From assembly GCA_045539135.1 (NCBI GenBank), contig JAZQET010000012.1:2275-66274 (forward strand): a DNA stretch of 64,000 nt. Reading direction: 5' to 3'. This DNA comes from Eubacteriales bacterium (lineage in GTDB: Bacteria > Bacillota > Clostridia > Oscillospirales > QAKW01). The notes beneath the pieces are model-generated. The model was not told the origin of the DNA. It saw only the letters and a list, made by a program, of their open reading frames with translations, and did not search any database. Both the position numbers and the translations under genes were made by a program. Positions 9,673-18,126 of this stretch are shown piece after piece (the stretch's first letter is position 1; each line of letters begins with the position of its first letter).

Positions 9673-9702
9673 AAAGTAGGCAGCCTTTCGACTGCCGACT
9701 TT
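9673..9702 (-). terminator. Terminator of the hydrogenase operon
   Basis: Minus-strand hairpin AAAGTCGGCAGTCGAAAGGCTGCCTACTTT followed by a T run. Confidence 0.7.
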
Positions 9703-9712
9703 CAAATTTGGA

Positions 9713-11470
9713 TTATTGATCGCCGAAACGGTTTCTTGCCACATAAGAAGTATGCAAGATCTCGTGAGCCTTATGGCTGCCGGGACGCTCCAAATACTCC
9801 TTATAGAGTTCTTTGATCATGGGGTTCTCGTGAGACTTTCTCAAAGTCATTGCGGCATCGGTATCATACAGAGCCTTAGCACGCATTGCACGCAGATCCT
9901 CATAATTACGAACAGAAGCGGGCTGATAGGGCTGCCCGCCGCCGTTTACACAGCCGCCGGGGCAACCCATGATCTCGATAAAGGTATAGTCGGCTTCGCC
10001 TGCCTGAACCTTCTTCAGCAGTTCTTTGGCATTTGCCAAACCGGAGCAAACAGCAACCTTAACATCCAGATCGCCAACTTTATAAGCGGCCTCCTTGATG
10101 CCTGCGGTTCCGCGAACATCATGGAATTCCAACTTGCCCAGTTCTTCACCGGTCAAGGTTTCAACTGCAGTACGCAGAGCAGCTTCCATAACACCGCCGG
10201 TAGCACCGAAGATCAAGCCTGCACCGGAACCGATACCCAGAGGAGTATCGAACTCGCTGTCTTCCAACTTAGTGAAGAACAGACCTGCTCTCTTGATCAT
10301 TCTTGCCAACTCGCGGGTGGTGATAGCGATATCCACATCGGGAACACCTGCAGCAGACTGATCCTCACGACCTACTTCAAATTTCTTTGCAGTACAGGGC
10401 ATTACGGATACGCTGACGATATCTTTGGGATCAATGCCATTCTTTTCTGCATAATAGGTCTTCACCAAAGCGCCGAACATCTGCTGAGGAGACTTACAAG
10501 AAGACAGATGGGGGATCATATCGGGGAAATAGTGCTCGCAGAACTTGATCCAACCGGGAGAGCAAGAGGTGATCATAGGCAGAGTGCCGCCCTTCTGAAC
10601 ACGCTCGATCAATTCGTTTGCTTCTTCCATAATGGTAAGGTCGGCGGTAAAATTGGTGTCAAACACTTTATCAAAGCCAAGCTTCTTCAAAGCAGTAACC
10701 ATTTTGCCTTCCACGTTGGTACCGATGGGCATATCAAAAGCTTCGCCCAAAGTAACACGGATGGAGGGAGCCACCTGCACAACAACGTGCTTGGTGGGAT
10801 CAGCCAAAGCGGCCCAAACTTTATCGGTATCGTCCTTCTCATGCAGTGCACCGGTGGGGCAAGCAACAATACACTGACCGCAAGATACGCAAGAGGTCAG
10901 ACCCAGTCCATCATCAAAAGCGGAACCGATATGAGTAGCAAAGCCTCTGTCATTAGCACCGATTACGGAAACACCCTGCAATTTCTCGCAGACTGCCACG
11001 CAACGACGGCAAAGGATACACTTGTTATTGTTGCGCACCATATGAACAGCGGTATCATCTTCTTCATAGAAGTTTACATCGCCGCCAAAGGCATCTTCAT
11101 TCTCAACGTTGTATTCTTTGCACAGACGCTGCAATTCGCAATCGCCGGAGCGAACACAAGAGAGACACTTTCTGTCATGGTTAGACAGGATCAATTCCAA
11201 AGTCTGCTTTCTTGCCTTCAGAACCATGGGGCTATGGGTATAAATGTCCATACCCTCGGCTACGGGGAAAACGCAAGCAGCAACCAAACGGCCTACGCCG
11301 TTCACTCTGTTTTCAACAACGCAGATACGGCAAGCACCGATTGCATTGATCTCTTTCAGGAAGCACAGAGTGGGAACGTCAATATTCATTTGTCTGGCAG
11401 CCTCCAGCACAGTGGTACCGGCAGGTACGCTGATAGGAGTGCCATTGATTTTTAAGTTAATCATTTGCAT
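9713..11470 (-). CDS. hndD: Group A3 [FeFe]-hydrogenase catalytic subunit (HndD/HydA)
   Basis: N-terminal 2Fe-2S, His-ligated 4Fe-4S and 2x4Fe-4S motifs. H-cluster motifs TSCSPGW, MPCTAKKFE, EIMGCPGGCVNGGGQP. Small-subunit-like RKSHENP. Confidence 0.95.
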   Translation of the reverse strand: MQMINLKINGTPISVPAGTTVLEAARQMNIDVPTLCFLKEINAIGACRICVVENRVNGVGRLVAACVFPVAEGMDIYTHSPMVLKARKQTLELILSNHDRKCLSCVRSGDCELQRLCKEYNVENEDAFGGDVNFYEEDDTAVHMVRNNNKCILCRRCVAVCEKLQGVSVIGANDRGFATHIGSAFDDGLGLTSCVSCGQCIVACPTGALHEKDDTDKVWAALADPTKHVVVQVAPSIRVTLGEAFDMPIGTNVEGKMVTALKKLGFDKVFDTNFTADLTIMEEANELIERVQKGGTLPMITSCSPGWIKFCEHYFPDMIPHLSSCKSPQQMFGALVKTYYAEKNGIDPKDIVSVSVMPCTAKKFEVGREDQSAAGVPDVDIAITTRELARMIKRAGLFFTKLEDSEFDTPLGIGSGAGLIFGATGGVMEAALRTAVETLTGEELGKLEFHDVRGTAGIKEAAYKVGDLDVKVAVCSGLANAKELLKKVQAGEADYTFIEIMGCPGGCVNGGGQPYQPASVRNYEDLRAMRAKALYDTDAAMTLRKSHENPMIKELYKEYLERPGSHKAHEILHTSYVARNRFGDQ

Positions 11471-11484
11471 TATCTTCCTCTCCT

Positions 11485-13278
11485 TTACTTCCGAATAATT
11501 GCCTTGAACTTACACTTGCTCATACAAACGCCGCACTTAATGCACTTATCTTGATCGATGGTGTGCAGATTCTTAACAGTGCCGGTGATTGCATTTACAG
11601 GACAGTTGCGGGCACACAAAGTACAACCCTTACACTCATCGGTGATCTCATAGCGCATCAGATCCTTACATACGCCTGCAGGACAACGCTTCTCAACAAC
11701 GTGAGCTTCATATTCATCTCTGAAATAACGCAGAGTGGACAACACAGGGTTCGGAGCAGTCTGACCCAGACCGCACAGAGAGTTTGCCTTAATGTAGTAG
11801 CACAGCTCTTCCAACTCATCAATATCTTTAAGAGTTGCTTTGCCGGAGGTGATCTTGTTCAGATACTCCAGCATTCTCTTGGTACCGATGCGGCAAGGAG
11901 TACACTTACCGCAAGACTCATCAACGGTAAACTCCAAGAAGAACTTCGCGATATCTACCATACAGTTATCTTCGTCCATAACGATCAAGCCGCCGGAACC
12001 CATCATAGAGCCGATTGCAACCAGATTGTCATAGTCGATGGGGGTATCAATCAAGGAAGCAGGGATACAGCCGCCGGAAGGACCACCGGTCTGAGCAGCC
12101 TTAAACTTCTTGCCGTTGGGGATACCGCCGCCGATATCTTCAATAACTTCACGCAAGGTGGTACCCATGGGGATCTCAACCAAGCCGGTGTTGGTGATCT
12201 TTCCGCCCAAAGCGAATACCTTGGTACCCTTGGACTTTTCGGTACCCATAGAGCCAAACCAATCAGCGCCTTTCAGAATGATCTGAGGAATGTTGGCATA
12301 GGTCTCAACGTTACAGTTCATAGTGGGGATGCCGAAAATACCCTTTTCAGAGGGGAAAGGAGGACGGGGACGGGGCTCACCGCGGTTACCCTCAATAGAG
12401 GTCATCAGAGCGGTTTCTTCACCGCAAACGAATGCACCGGCACCCAAGCGGATCTCCATATCGAAGTTGAAGCCGGTCTCAAAGATGTTCTCACCCAACA
12501 GACCGTATTCACGAGCCTGATCGATAGCAATTTGAAGTCTGCTGACAGCGATGGGATACTCTGCACGAATATACACAAAGCCCTTGCAAGCGCCAACTGC
12601 ATAAGCGGCGATAGCCATTGCTTCGATAACAGAATGGGGGTCACCCTCCAAAATGGAACGGTCCATAAATGCACCCGGGTCACCTTCGTCTGCGTTACAG
12701 CAAACATACTTCACATCAGCCTTGGTGCGGGAAGCCAGATCCCACTTCAAACCGGTGGGGAAACCGCCGCCGCCACGGCCACGAAGACCGGAGTCTTTGA
12801 TCGCCTGAATCACATCGGCAGGCTTCATCTCAGTCAGAACCTTACCCAAAGCCTGATAACCGTCATAAGCAATGTACTCATCAATGATCTCGGGGTTGAT
12901 CACACCGCAGTTCCGCAGAGCTACGCGCTTTTGCTTCTTATAGAAGTTGGTGTCGTTCAAAGAAGCGTGAACACCTTGATCCACCATCTCTGCCACTTCA
13001 CTGTAGAGATACTTCTTAACGATACGACCCTTAATGATATGCTCGGAAACGATCTCGGGGATCGCATCGGCATCAATACGGCTGTAGAAAGAACCTTCGG
13101 GATACACGATCATAATGGGACCCAAAGCACACAAACCGAAGCAACCGGTCATAACAACCTTTACTTCGTCCTGAAGATTGTTCTTCTCCAGTTCAGCGTT
13201 CAGGGCTTCCATAATGCTCAAGGAGCCGGAGGAAGTACAACCTGTACCGCCGCAAATCAAAATATGGTTTCTAATCAT
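11485..13278 (-). CDS. hndC: NADH/FMN-binding NuoF-like subunit (HndC/HydB)
   Basis: SGLRGRGGGGFPTG, NADEGDPGAFMDRS, GAFVCGEET, GGPSGG, ESCGKCTPCR, C-terminal 2x[4Fe-4S] ferredoxin domain. Confidence 0.95.
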   Translation of the reverse strand: MIRNHILICGGTGCTSSGSLSIMEALNAELEKNNLQDEVKVVMTGCFGLCALGPIMIVYPEGSFYSRIDADAIPEIVSEHIIKGRIVKKYLYSEVAEMVDQGVHASLNDTNFYKKQKRVALRNCGVINPEIIDEYIAYDGYQALGKVLTEMKPADVIQAIKDSGLRGRGGGGFPTGLKWDLASRTKADVKYVCCNADEGDPGAFMDRSILEGDPHSVIEAMAIAAYAVGACKGFVYIRAEYPIAVSRLQIAIDQAREYGLLGENIFETGFNFDMEIRLGAGAFVCGEETALMTSIEGNRGEPRPRPPFPSEKGIFGIPTMNCNVETYANIPQIILKGADWFGSMGTEKSKGTKVFALGGKITNTGLVEIPMGTTLREVIEDIGGGIPNGKKFKAAQTGGPSGGCIPASLIDTPIDYDNLVAIGSMMGSGGLIVMDEDNCMVDIAKFFLEFTVDESCGKCTPCRIGTKRMLEYLNKITSGKATLKDIDELEELCYYIKANSLCGLGQTAPNPVLSTLRYFRDEYEAHVVEKRCPAGVCKDLMRYEITDECKGCTLCARNCPVNAITGTVKNLHTIDQDKCIKCGVCMSKCKFKAIIRK

Positions 13279-13293
13279 TGTCTAAAATCCCCC

Positions 13294-13668
13294 TTATTTC
13301 TGATAAGCACCGATGGTGTATTCCTGAACGATTTTGTTGTTCACAATATGCTCAGTCACAACCTTGGCAACTTTGTCCTCATTCATTTTAACATAAGTGG
13401 TCTTGTTACCGTCGGGAGTAACGATCTCAACAACCGGCTCATATTGGCAGATGCCGATGCAACCGGTCTGGGTGCAAATCACATTGTTCAGCCGGCGATC
13501 CTCGATCTCTTTCAGGAATGCATTCAGAACAGGACGTGCACCTGCAGCAATACCGCAAGTAGCCATACCGACCACAACGCGAATAGCGTTCTCATCATCT
13601 GCAGAACGCATATTTACTTTGTTCTGCATTTTTTCTTTAATTGCTTGCAATTCTGCTAAAGATTTCAT
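13294..13668 (-). CDS. hndB: Thioredoxin-like [2Fe-2S] ferredoxin subunit (HndB)
   Basis: VGMATCGIAAGA, QTGCIGICQYEP; lies directly before hndC. Confidence 0.9.
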   Translation of the reverse strand: MKSLAELQAIKEKMQNKVNMRSADDENAIRVVVGMATCGIAAGARPVLNAFLKEIEDRRLNNVICTQTGCIGICQYEPVVEIVTPDGNKTTYVKMNEDKVAKVVTEHIVNNKIVQEYTIGAYQK

Positions 13669-14220
13669 TTATATTTTTCCTCCTTGAATGTTCTGCAAAT
13701 TCTCGTTGATATATTCTTCGATCCAACTCAATACAGCGGGCTCCGATAACGGGATATCACACAACTGCTCATGCAGTTCATCGGTATCAAAGGTAAAAGC
13801 ACCTTGATCCGTAACGTGACGGTAAATAAAGCGGATGCTATCGTTAGCTTGAATCAAGCTGACCATCGTGCCGGCCATATCGCCGATCGGGGCACGATCC
13901 AAATGGTCATAGCGAAAAGAAGCGTAAACACGCGTTCCCTCCCCTACTTTTGATTGGATGGCAAACGTTCCGTCGGTATCCTCGGCACTTTGCTTAAACA
14001 AAGGAATTCCGAGACCGACCTTTCGGGTGGTTCGGGTGGTGACAAACGGGTCCGTCACCCGACGCACAAACTCTTCATCCATACCGCAGCCGTTATCTGA
14101 GATCTCAATTTCAACCAGATTGGTAGAAATCCGTTCCGAAACATCAATCTCAATCTTTTTGGCACCGGCTTTTATTGAGTTATATGTAATGTCAAGAATA
14201 TTTAGCGATAATTCTTTCAT
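13669..14220 (-). CDS. Stand-alone HATPase_c (histidine-kinase-like ATPase) protein
   Basis: N-box DITYNSIKAGA, G1 DNGCGM, F-box DPFVTTRTTRKVGLGIP, G3 GEGT. No HisKA or sensor domain. Confidence 0.88.
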   Translation of the reverse strand: MKELSLNILDITYNSIKAGAKKIEIDVSERISTNLVEIEISDNGCGMDEEFVRRVTDPFVTTRTTRKVGLGIPLFKQSAEDTDGTFAIQSKVGEGTRVYASFRYDHLDRAPIGDMAGTMVSLIQANDSIRFIYRHVTDQGAFTFDTDELHEQLCDIPLSEPAVLSWIEEYINENLQNIQGGKI

Positions 14221-14224
14221 GAAC

Positions 14225-14719
14225 TCAGTTCATATATTTTTTCAAAATATCAGGAATATCACCAACAACCAAACGGCCATACACTTCTTCATTGATGGTC
14301 ATAACAGGTGCAAGACCGCAAGCGCCGATACAACGGGTTGCTTCCAGAGAAAACTTACCGTCAGCAGAGCACTCACCTACATCAATGCCGATAATTTCCT
14401 TAATCTTATTCAGGATATCGCCGGAACCCTTAACGTAGCAAGCAGTTCCCAGGCAAACGCCGATCTTATACTCGCCCTTGGGCGCCAAGGAAAACTGTGC
14501 ATAGAAAGTAACAACACCGTAAATGTGCTCCAAAGGAATGTCAAGACCTTCGGATACAATCTTCTGCACTTCGATGGGCAGATAGCCATAGATCTCCTGT
14601 GCTTCCTGCAAAACGGGCATCAGAGGGCCATCTTGATTCTTGTGCTTCGCAATTACTTCACGCAACTGCTGCTCTTGCTCTTTTGTTCCCTTGAATGGAA
14701 CGGGACATTTGTTGCTCAT
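14225..14719 (-). CDS. hndA: NuoE-like [2Fe-2S] subunit (HndA/HydC)
   Basis: VVTFYAQF, VCLGTACYVKG, RCIGACGLAP. Confidence 0.93.
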   Translation of the reverse strand: MSNKCPVPFKGTKEQEQQLREVIAKHKNQDGPLMPVLQEAQEIYGYLPIEVQKIVSEGLDIPLEHIYGVVTFYAQFSLAPKGEYKIGVCLGTACYVKGSGDILNKIKEIIGIDVGECSADGKFSLEATRCIGACGLAPVMTINEEVYGRLVVGDIPDILKKYMN

Positions 14720-14780
14720 TTTTCATCCTCCTTTATATTGAAACTGCATTGCAGTATCGTCCAACTGAACAAACATATTG

Positions 14781-14792
14781 ATTATAACACAC
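14781..14792 (-). promoter_or_regulatory. Possible internal extended -10 promoter upstream of hndA
   Basis: TGTGTTATAAT on the minus strand in the 113-bp gap between PHP and hndA; no clear -35. Confidence 0.45.
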
Positions 14793-14832
14793 TTTTATAT
14801 AGATTTCTACATCTTTTTTCAAAAATTCCGAA

Positions 14833-15570
14833 TTATTCCTCATTTTTTCTACTTTTCAAGTAGTTTATCAAGGATTGAGCGGAATTTTCAGGTAAATCAA
14901 CCAAATTTTCACCTGAGTGCTCCCCAATATCCTGCAGATAATGGGCATCCGAATCGTGAAGATACTTGTATGGCCGCGCTCCGAGTCCGGCGGTTGCATC
15001 AAGAAAATACTCCGGGAGATTGCGAGAGAGTTCAAAGGAAGAAAAGCCCATATAATCTCCTACCATACCAAAGTTTCCCACCAAGCTTTTGGTCGCTTTA
15101 TCGATATGGGCGGGCACAGCAACACCGCCATAAGAACTCACTAATTCAGGCAGACCGTCCAATGAAATTGCCGTTGCATTAATGAGATATCGCGCCTCTT
15201 CCCCAACCACCTGATCATTTTCATCCATAAACAGCTGACGTCCAAAAATCTCCGGCTGGTTTTCAACCTTCGGCAATGCCGGAGCCACCTGCTCACGATC
15301 AAATGCATGGGCTGCTTCAAGGGTGGGAAAAAGGCATAAAACGTGAATTTCTTCCGCAGTTTCCAATTCCATAGCCGGCACCACGGTAATCCCTGCCGAA
15401 TTCCCTACCGAAACCACGGCATCCAAATTGCCGGTGGTATTATGATCTGCCACCGCAATCATATCAAGACCGCAGATCAACGCCATATTCACAATATTAT
15501 TCGGCGTCATATCTTCATCTCCGCAAGGAGAAAGCGCCGAGTGGATATGCAGATCATAGCGCAGTTTCAT
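14833..15570 (-). CDS. PHP-domain phosphoesterase
   Basis: DLHIHS, VADHN, EEIH, AHID, SDAH metal-binding motifs. Confidence 0.9.
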   Translation of the reverse strand: MKLRYDLHIHSALSPCGDEDMTPNNIVNMALICGLDMIAVADHNTTGNLDAVVSVGNSAGITVVPAMELETAEEIHVLCLFPTLEAAHAFDREQVAPALPKVENQPEIFGRQLFMDENDQVVGEEARYLINATAISLDGLPELVSSYGGVAVPAHIDKATKSLVGNFGMVGDYMGFSSFELSRNLPEYFLDATAGLGARPYKYLHDSDAHYLQDIGEHSGENLVDLPENSAQSLINYLKSRKNEE

Positions 15571-15585
15571 TCATTCTTCTCCCTT

Positions 15586-15921
15586 TCAGGCATTCAAAAC
15601 CTTATGAATCAGCACAGCGGTCTCATAAGAAGTTTTTTCGGAAGACAACACGATCACATCATTCTCTTCCGCTTTTTTCAACACAGCGGCATCGGGCCGT
15701 ACTCCCTCTGTCAAAATAACACAGGGCAGATCGGCCATTACGGCAACAGCGATCACATTGGCATTAGACATCACGGTTACCAAAGCATCATCATCCTTCG
15801 CTCTGCCGATCACCCAAGATAGAAGGTCACAGCAATATGCACCGCAAACCGTGCGACCTTCAACCTCAGAACCGATCAAATAATTAAATCCGCACGCAGC
15901 GGCAAGCTCATGTACATTCAT
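15586..15921 (-). CDS. DRTGG-domain (HPr-kinase N-terminal-like) small protein
   Basis: Probable start MNVHEL (TGATG overlap with the upstream gene). YCCDLLSWV, VTVMSNANVIAVA, VILTEG. Confidence 0.85.
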   Translation of the reverse strand: MNVHELAAACGFNYLIGSEVEGRTVCGAYCCDLLSWVIGRAKDDDALVTVMSNANVIAVAVMADLPCVILTEGVRPDAAVLKKAEENDVIVLSSEKTSYETAVLIHKVLNA

Positions 15922-17177
15922 CAGTCCATAATATCCTTCAAGCGATTTTTTAACACAATTAAGCAATCTGCCATTTTTGCCGTTCCGTTCACAACATCTA
16001 CGGCGAAAGCGTGACACGACGGAGAACCGCAAGCAGAACAGTCGATACCCGGCAGGTTTTCTTCAATGGAACGAATTTCCTGCATCTTCTTCATGGCACG
16101 CTGCAAATCTGAATCCAACTGCATAACAGGATCGTATTCGATGGTACTGTTCCAATCGTACTGCTTCAAGGGCAAATCAAAATCTTTAATCCGATTGCAA
16201 GAAACAGGCTTATACTTACGCAGCTGACGCACGCGGGTTCTTGCAACATAGGGATTTTCAATGGTCAAACACCCGCCGACACAGCCGGAAACGCAAGCAC
16301 CAAGCTCCACAAAAGTAACATCCGAAAGCTTATCGTCTTCAATCTCTTCCAAAATCTTGATCACATTTTCCATACCGTCTGCAGCCAAATACTGAGTACT
16401 CAGCAGTGAAGTCGCTTCACCACCGGTATACGACCAAGATATTCCGGTTAAACCACATTCCGAAAGAGGAAGCGGTTGCTTAATCTTATTCATTGCCGAA
16501 AGCAACGGTTTATAGACATCGGAAATAGCTAAAACCCCATCCACATCTGTAGAATCAAAACCCAACGGCTGATGCATAGCAGTTACTTTTGCAGGGCAAG
16601 GGGAAATAAAGAACACACCGATTTTTTCAGAAGGAAGACCGGTCTTCTCCATCGCCTCACGACGAGCAATAGCGGCAGCCACATCAACAGGGGCGCGAAC
16701 TGCCAAAAGATGCGGGATCAATTTCGGAAAGCGCACACGAATCAAACGAACGACCGCGGGACATGCCGAAGAAATCAGAGGCTTGGGACAATCGGGCTGC
16801 GCCATTATCATACGGGTGTACTCAGACACCAATTCGGCGGCACGAGCCACCTCAAACACATCATCAAATCCAATGTCAAGCAACCCGTTCAAGACATAAT
16901 CCACATTGTCCAAATTATTAAACTGACCGTAAAGTGAAGGCGCCGGCAAAGCAACATTATATTCAAACTGTTCCAGCATAGACAACTTGTCAAAAACCGC
17001 CTTTTTCGCACGATGGGGGCAAACACGAATACATTCCCCACAGTCGATGCACCGCTCTTTGATAATGGTTGCCTTACCGTTCTTTACACGAATTGCCTCG
17101 GTAGGACATCTTTTTACACAGGTGATACATCCGCGGCAACGGGATGCATCCAATGTAACAGAATGGAAATAATCCAT
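15921..17177 (-). CDS. Putative sensory [FeFe]-hydrogenase-like Fe-S protein (group C/D, HydS-like, no PAS domain)
   Basis: 2x[4Fe-4S] N-terminus (CRGCITCVKRCP; CIDCGECIRVCP). Variant H-cluster motifs SSACP, ISPCPAK, ELGACVSGCVGG. C-terminal CSACGSPSC...C Fe-S domain. Confidence 0.85.
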   Translation of the reverse strand: MDYFHSVTLDASRCRGCITCVKRCPTEAIRVKNGKATIIKERCIDCGECIRVCPHRAKKAVFDKLSMLEQFEYNVALPAPSLYGQFNNLDNVDYVLNGLLDIGFDDVFEVARAAELVSEYTRMIMAQPDCPKPLISSACPAVVRLIRVRFPKLIPHLLAVRAPVDVAAAIARREAMEKTGLPSEKIGVFFISPCPAKVTAMHQPLGFDSTDVDGVLAISDVYKPLLSAMNKIKQPLPLSECGLTGISWSYTGGEATSLLSTQYLAADGMENVIKILEEIEDDKLSDVTFVELGACVSGCVGGCLTIENPYVARTRVRQLRKYKPVSCNRIKDFDLPLKQYDWNSTIEYDPVMQLDSDLQRAMKKMQEIRSIEENLPGIDCSACGSPSCHAFAVDVVNGTAKMADCLIVLKNRLKDIMD

Positions 17178-17186
17178 ATTATCACC

Positions 17187-17606
17187 TCAAGTATTGATTT
17201 GAATTGTTAACGTAGTTCCGACTCCAATTTCAGTTTCGATCTTCAAATCATCTGAATACTTCTTAATATTCGGCAAGCCCATACCTGCACCAAAGCCGAG
17301 ATTGCGCACCTCTTCCGGCGCGGTGGAATATCCTTCTTGCATCGCCAAAGAAACATCCTTAATACCGGGACCGCGATCAGCCAAAATGATGCGAATGGCT
17401 CCCTCAGCAATTTCCACGGTAGCTTCACCACCGTCTGCATGGATCACCATATTGATTTCACCCTCATACATCGCGATGGCAACACGGCGAATAACATCGG
17501 GCGAAAAGCCCAATTGCTTTAATGTTTTTTTAACAGCGGAGGACGCTTCACCGGCCATACCGAAATCTTCGCCATCCACCTGGTATTTCAAAACGATCGA
17601 TTCCAT
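17187..17606 (-). CDS. RsbW/RsbT-like anti-sigma-type Ser/Thr protein kinase
   Basis: AMYEGEINMVIHA, DRGPGI, GYST, GAGMGLPNIKK, GVGT. Confidence 0.9.
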   Translation of the reverse strand: MESIVLKYQVDGEDFGMAGEASSAVKKTLKQLGFSPDVIRRVAIAMYEGEINMVIHADGGEATVEIAEGAIRIILADRGPGIKDVSLAMQEGYSTAPEEVRNLGFGAGMGLPNIKKYSDDLKIETEIGVGTTLTIQINT

Positions 17607-17962
17607 TATACTTTATCAATCCCTTCGCTGTATAATCCGTTTGCATAAAGAATGCCGCAAGCTGTGTACATCCGATAATCGGTTGCCATCACCATAATTC
17701 CGTTGCTCTCAGCCAAAGAAACAGTGGTATCATCCGGTCTCTTCCCACGAACAAATACAATGCACTTCATATCCATCATCTGTGCAGTGCGCACCGTTTG
17801 GGGATTGACCAAACCGGTCAGCAAAATGCTTTGGTCCTTCACAAAGGCCAATACATCGCTCATCATATCCGAGCCGCAAGCACTTTTTACCTCATTTTCC
17901 AACCGTTCTTCACAGCAAAGAACCTCCGCGTCCAATAATTCACGTACATTTGAAAGTTTCAT
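17606..17962 (-). CDS. DRTGG-domain protein
   Basis: CGSDMMSDVLA, LLTGL, VRTAQM, IVFVRGK; TAATG overlap with the kinase gene. Confidence 0.88.
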   Translation of the reverse strand: MKLSNVRELLDAEVLCCEERLENEVKSACGSDMMSDVLAFVKDQSILLTGLVNPQTVRTAQMMDMKCIVFVRGKRPDDTTVSLAESNGIMVMATDYRMYTACGILYANGLYSEGIDKV

Positions 17963-18013
17963 CTTTCAATCTCCTTAAAATGCAAAATGAAATCGATATA
18001 CTATATCACAATG

Positions 18014-18042
18014 ATTATAGCATATTTTATATTAATATTCAA
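18014..18042 (-). promoter_or_regulatory. sigma-A promoter of the hydrogenase operon
   Basis: TTGAAT-17 bp-TATAAT with TG extension; divergent from the serC promoter. Confidence 0.7.
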
Positions 18043-18065
18043 GTCGTAAGTTATCGAAAAATAAG

Positions 18066-18094
18066 TTGACTTTTATTTAATATAGTTTTATAAT
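18066..18094 (+). promoter_or_regulatory. sigma-A promoter of serC-serA
   Basis: TTGACT-17 bp-TATAAT. Confidence 0.75.
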
Positions 18095-18126
18095 TAATAT
18101 AAAATTTTTAAGAAAGGTGTTTTACA

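Noticed and set aside
9716-13659. Very long plus-strand ORFs (579 aa and 702 aa) antisense to hndD and hndC
   Set aside because: They mirror highly expressed genes codon for codon. Strong codon bias removes antisense stops, there is no RBS, and the translations look unnatural. The same applies to shadows over ilvC, serC, rplA and the PPIase gene.
17993-18011. Possible Rex operator at the hydrogenase operon start (TTGTGATATAGTATATCG)
   Set aside because: Only one half-site resembles TTGTGAA. The short GATATA-c-TATATC palindrome is too weak in AT-rich DNA to call.
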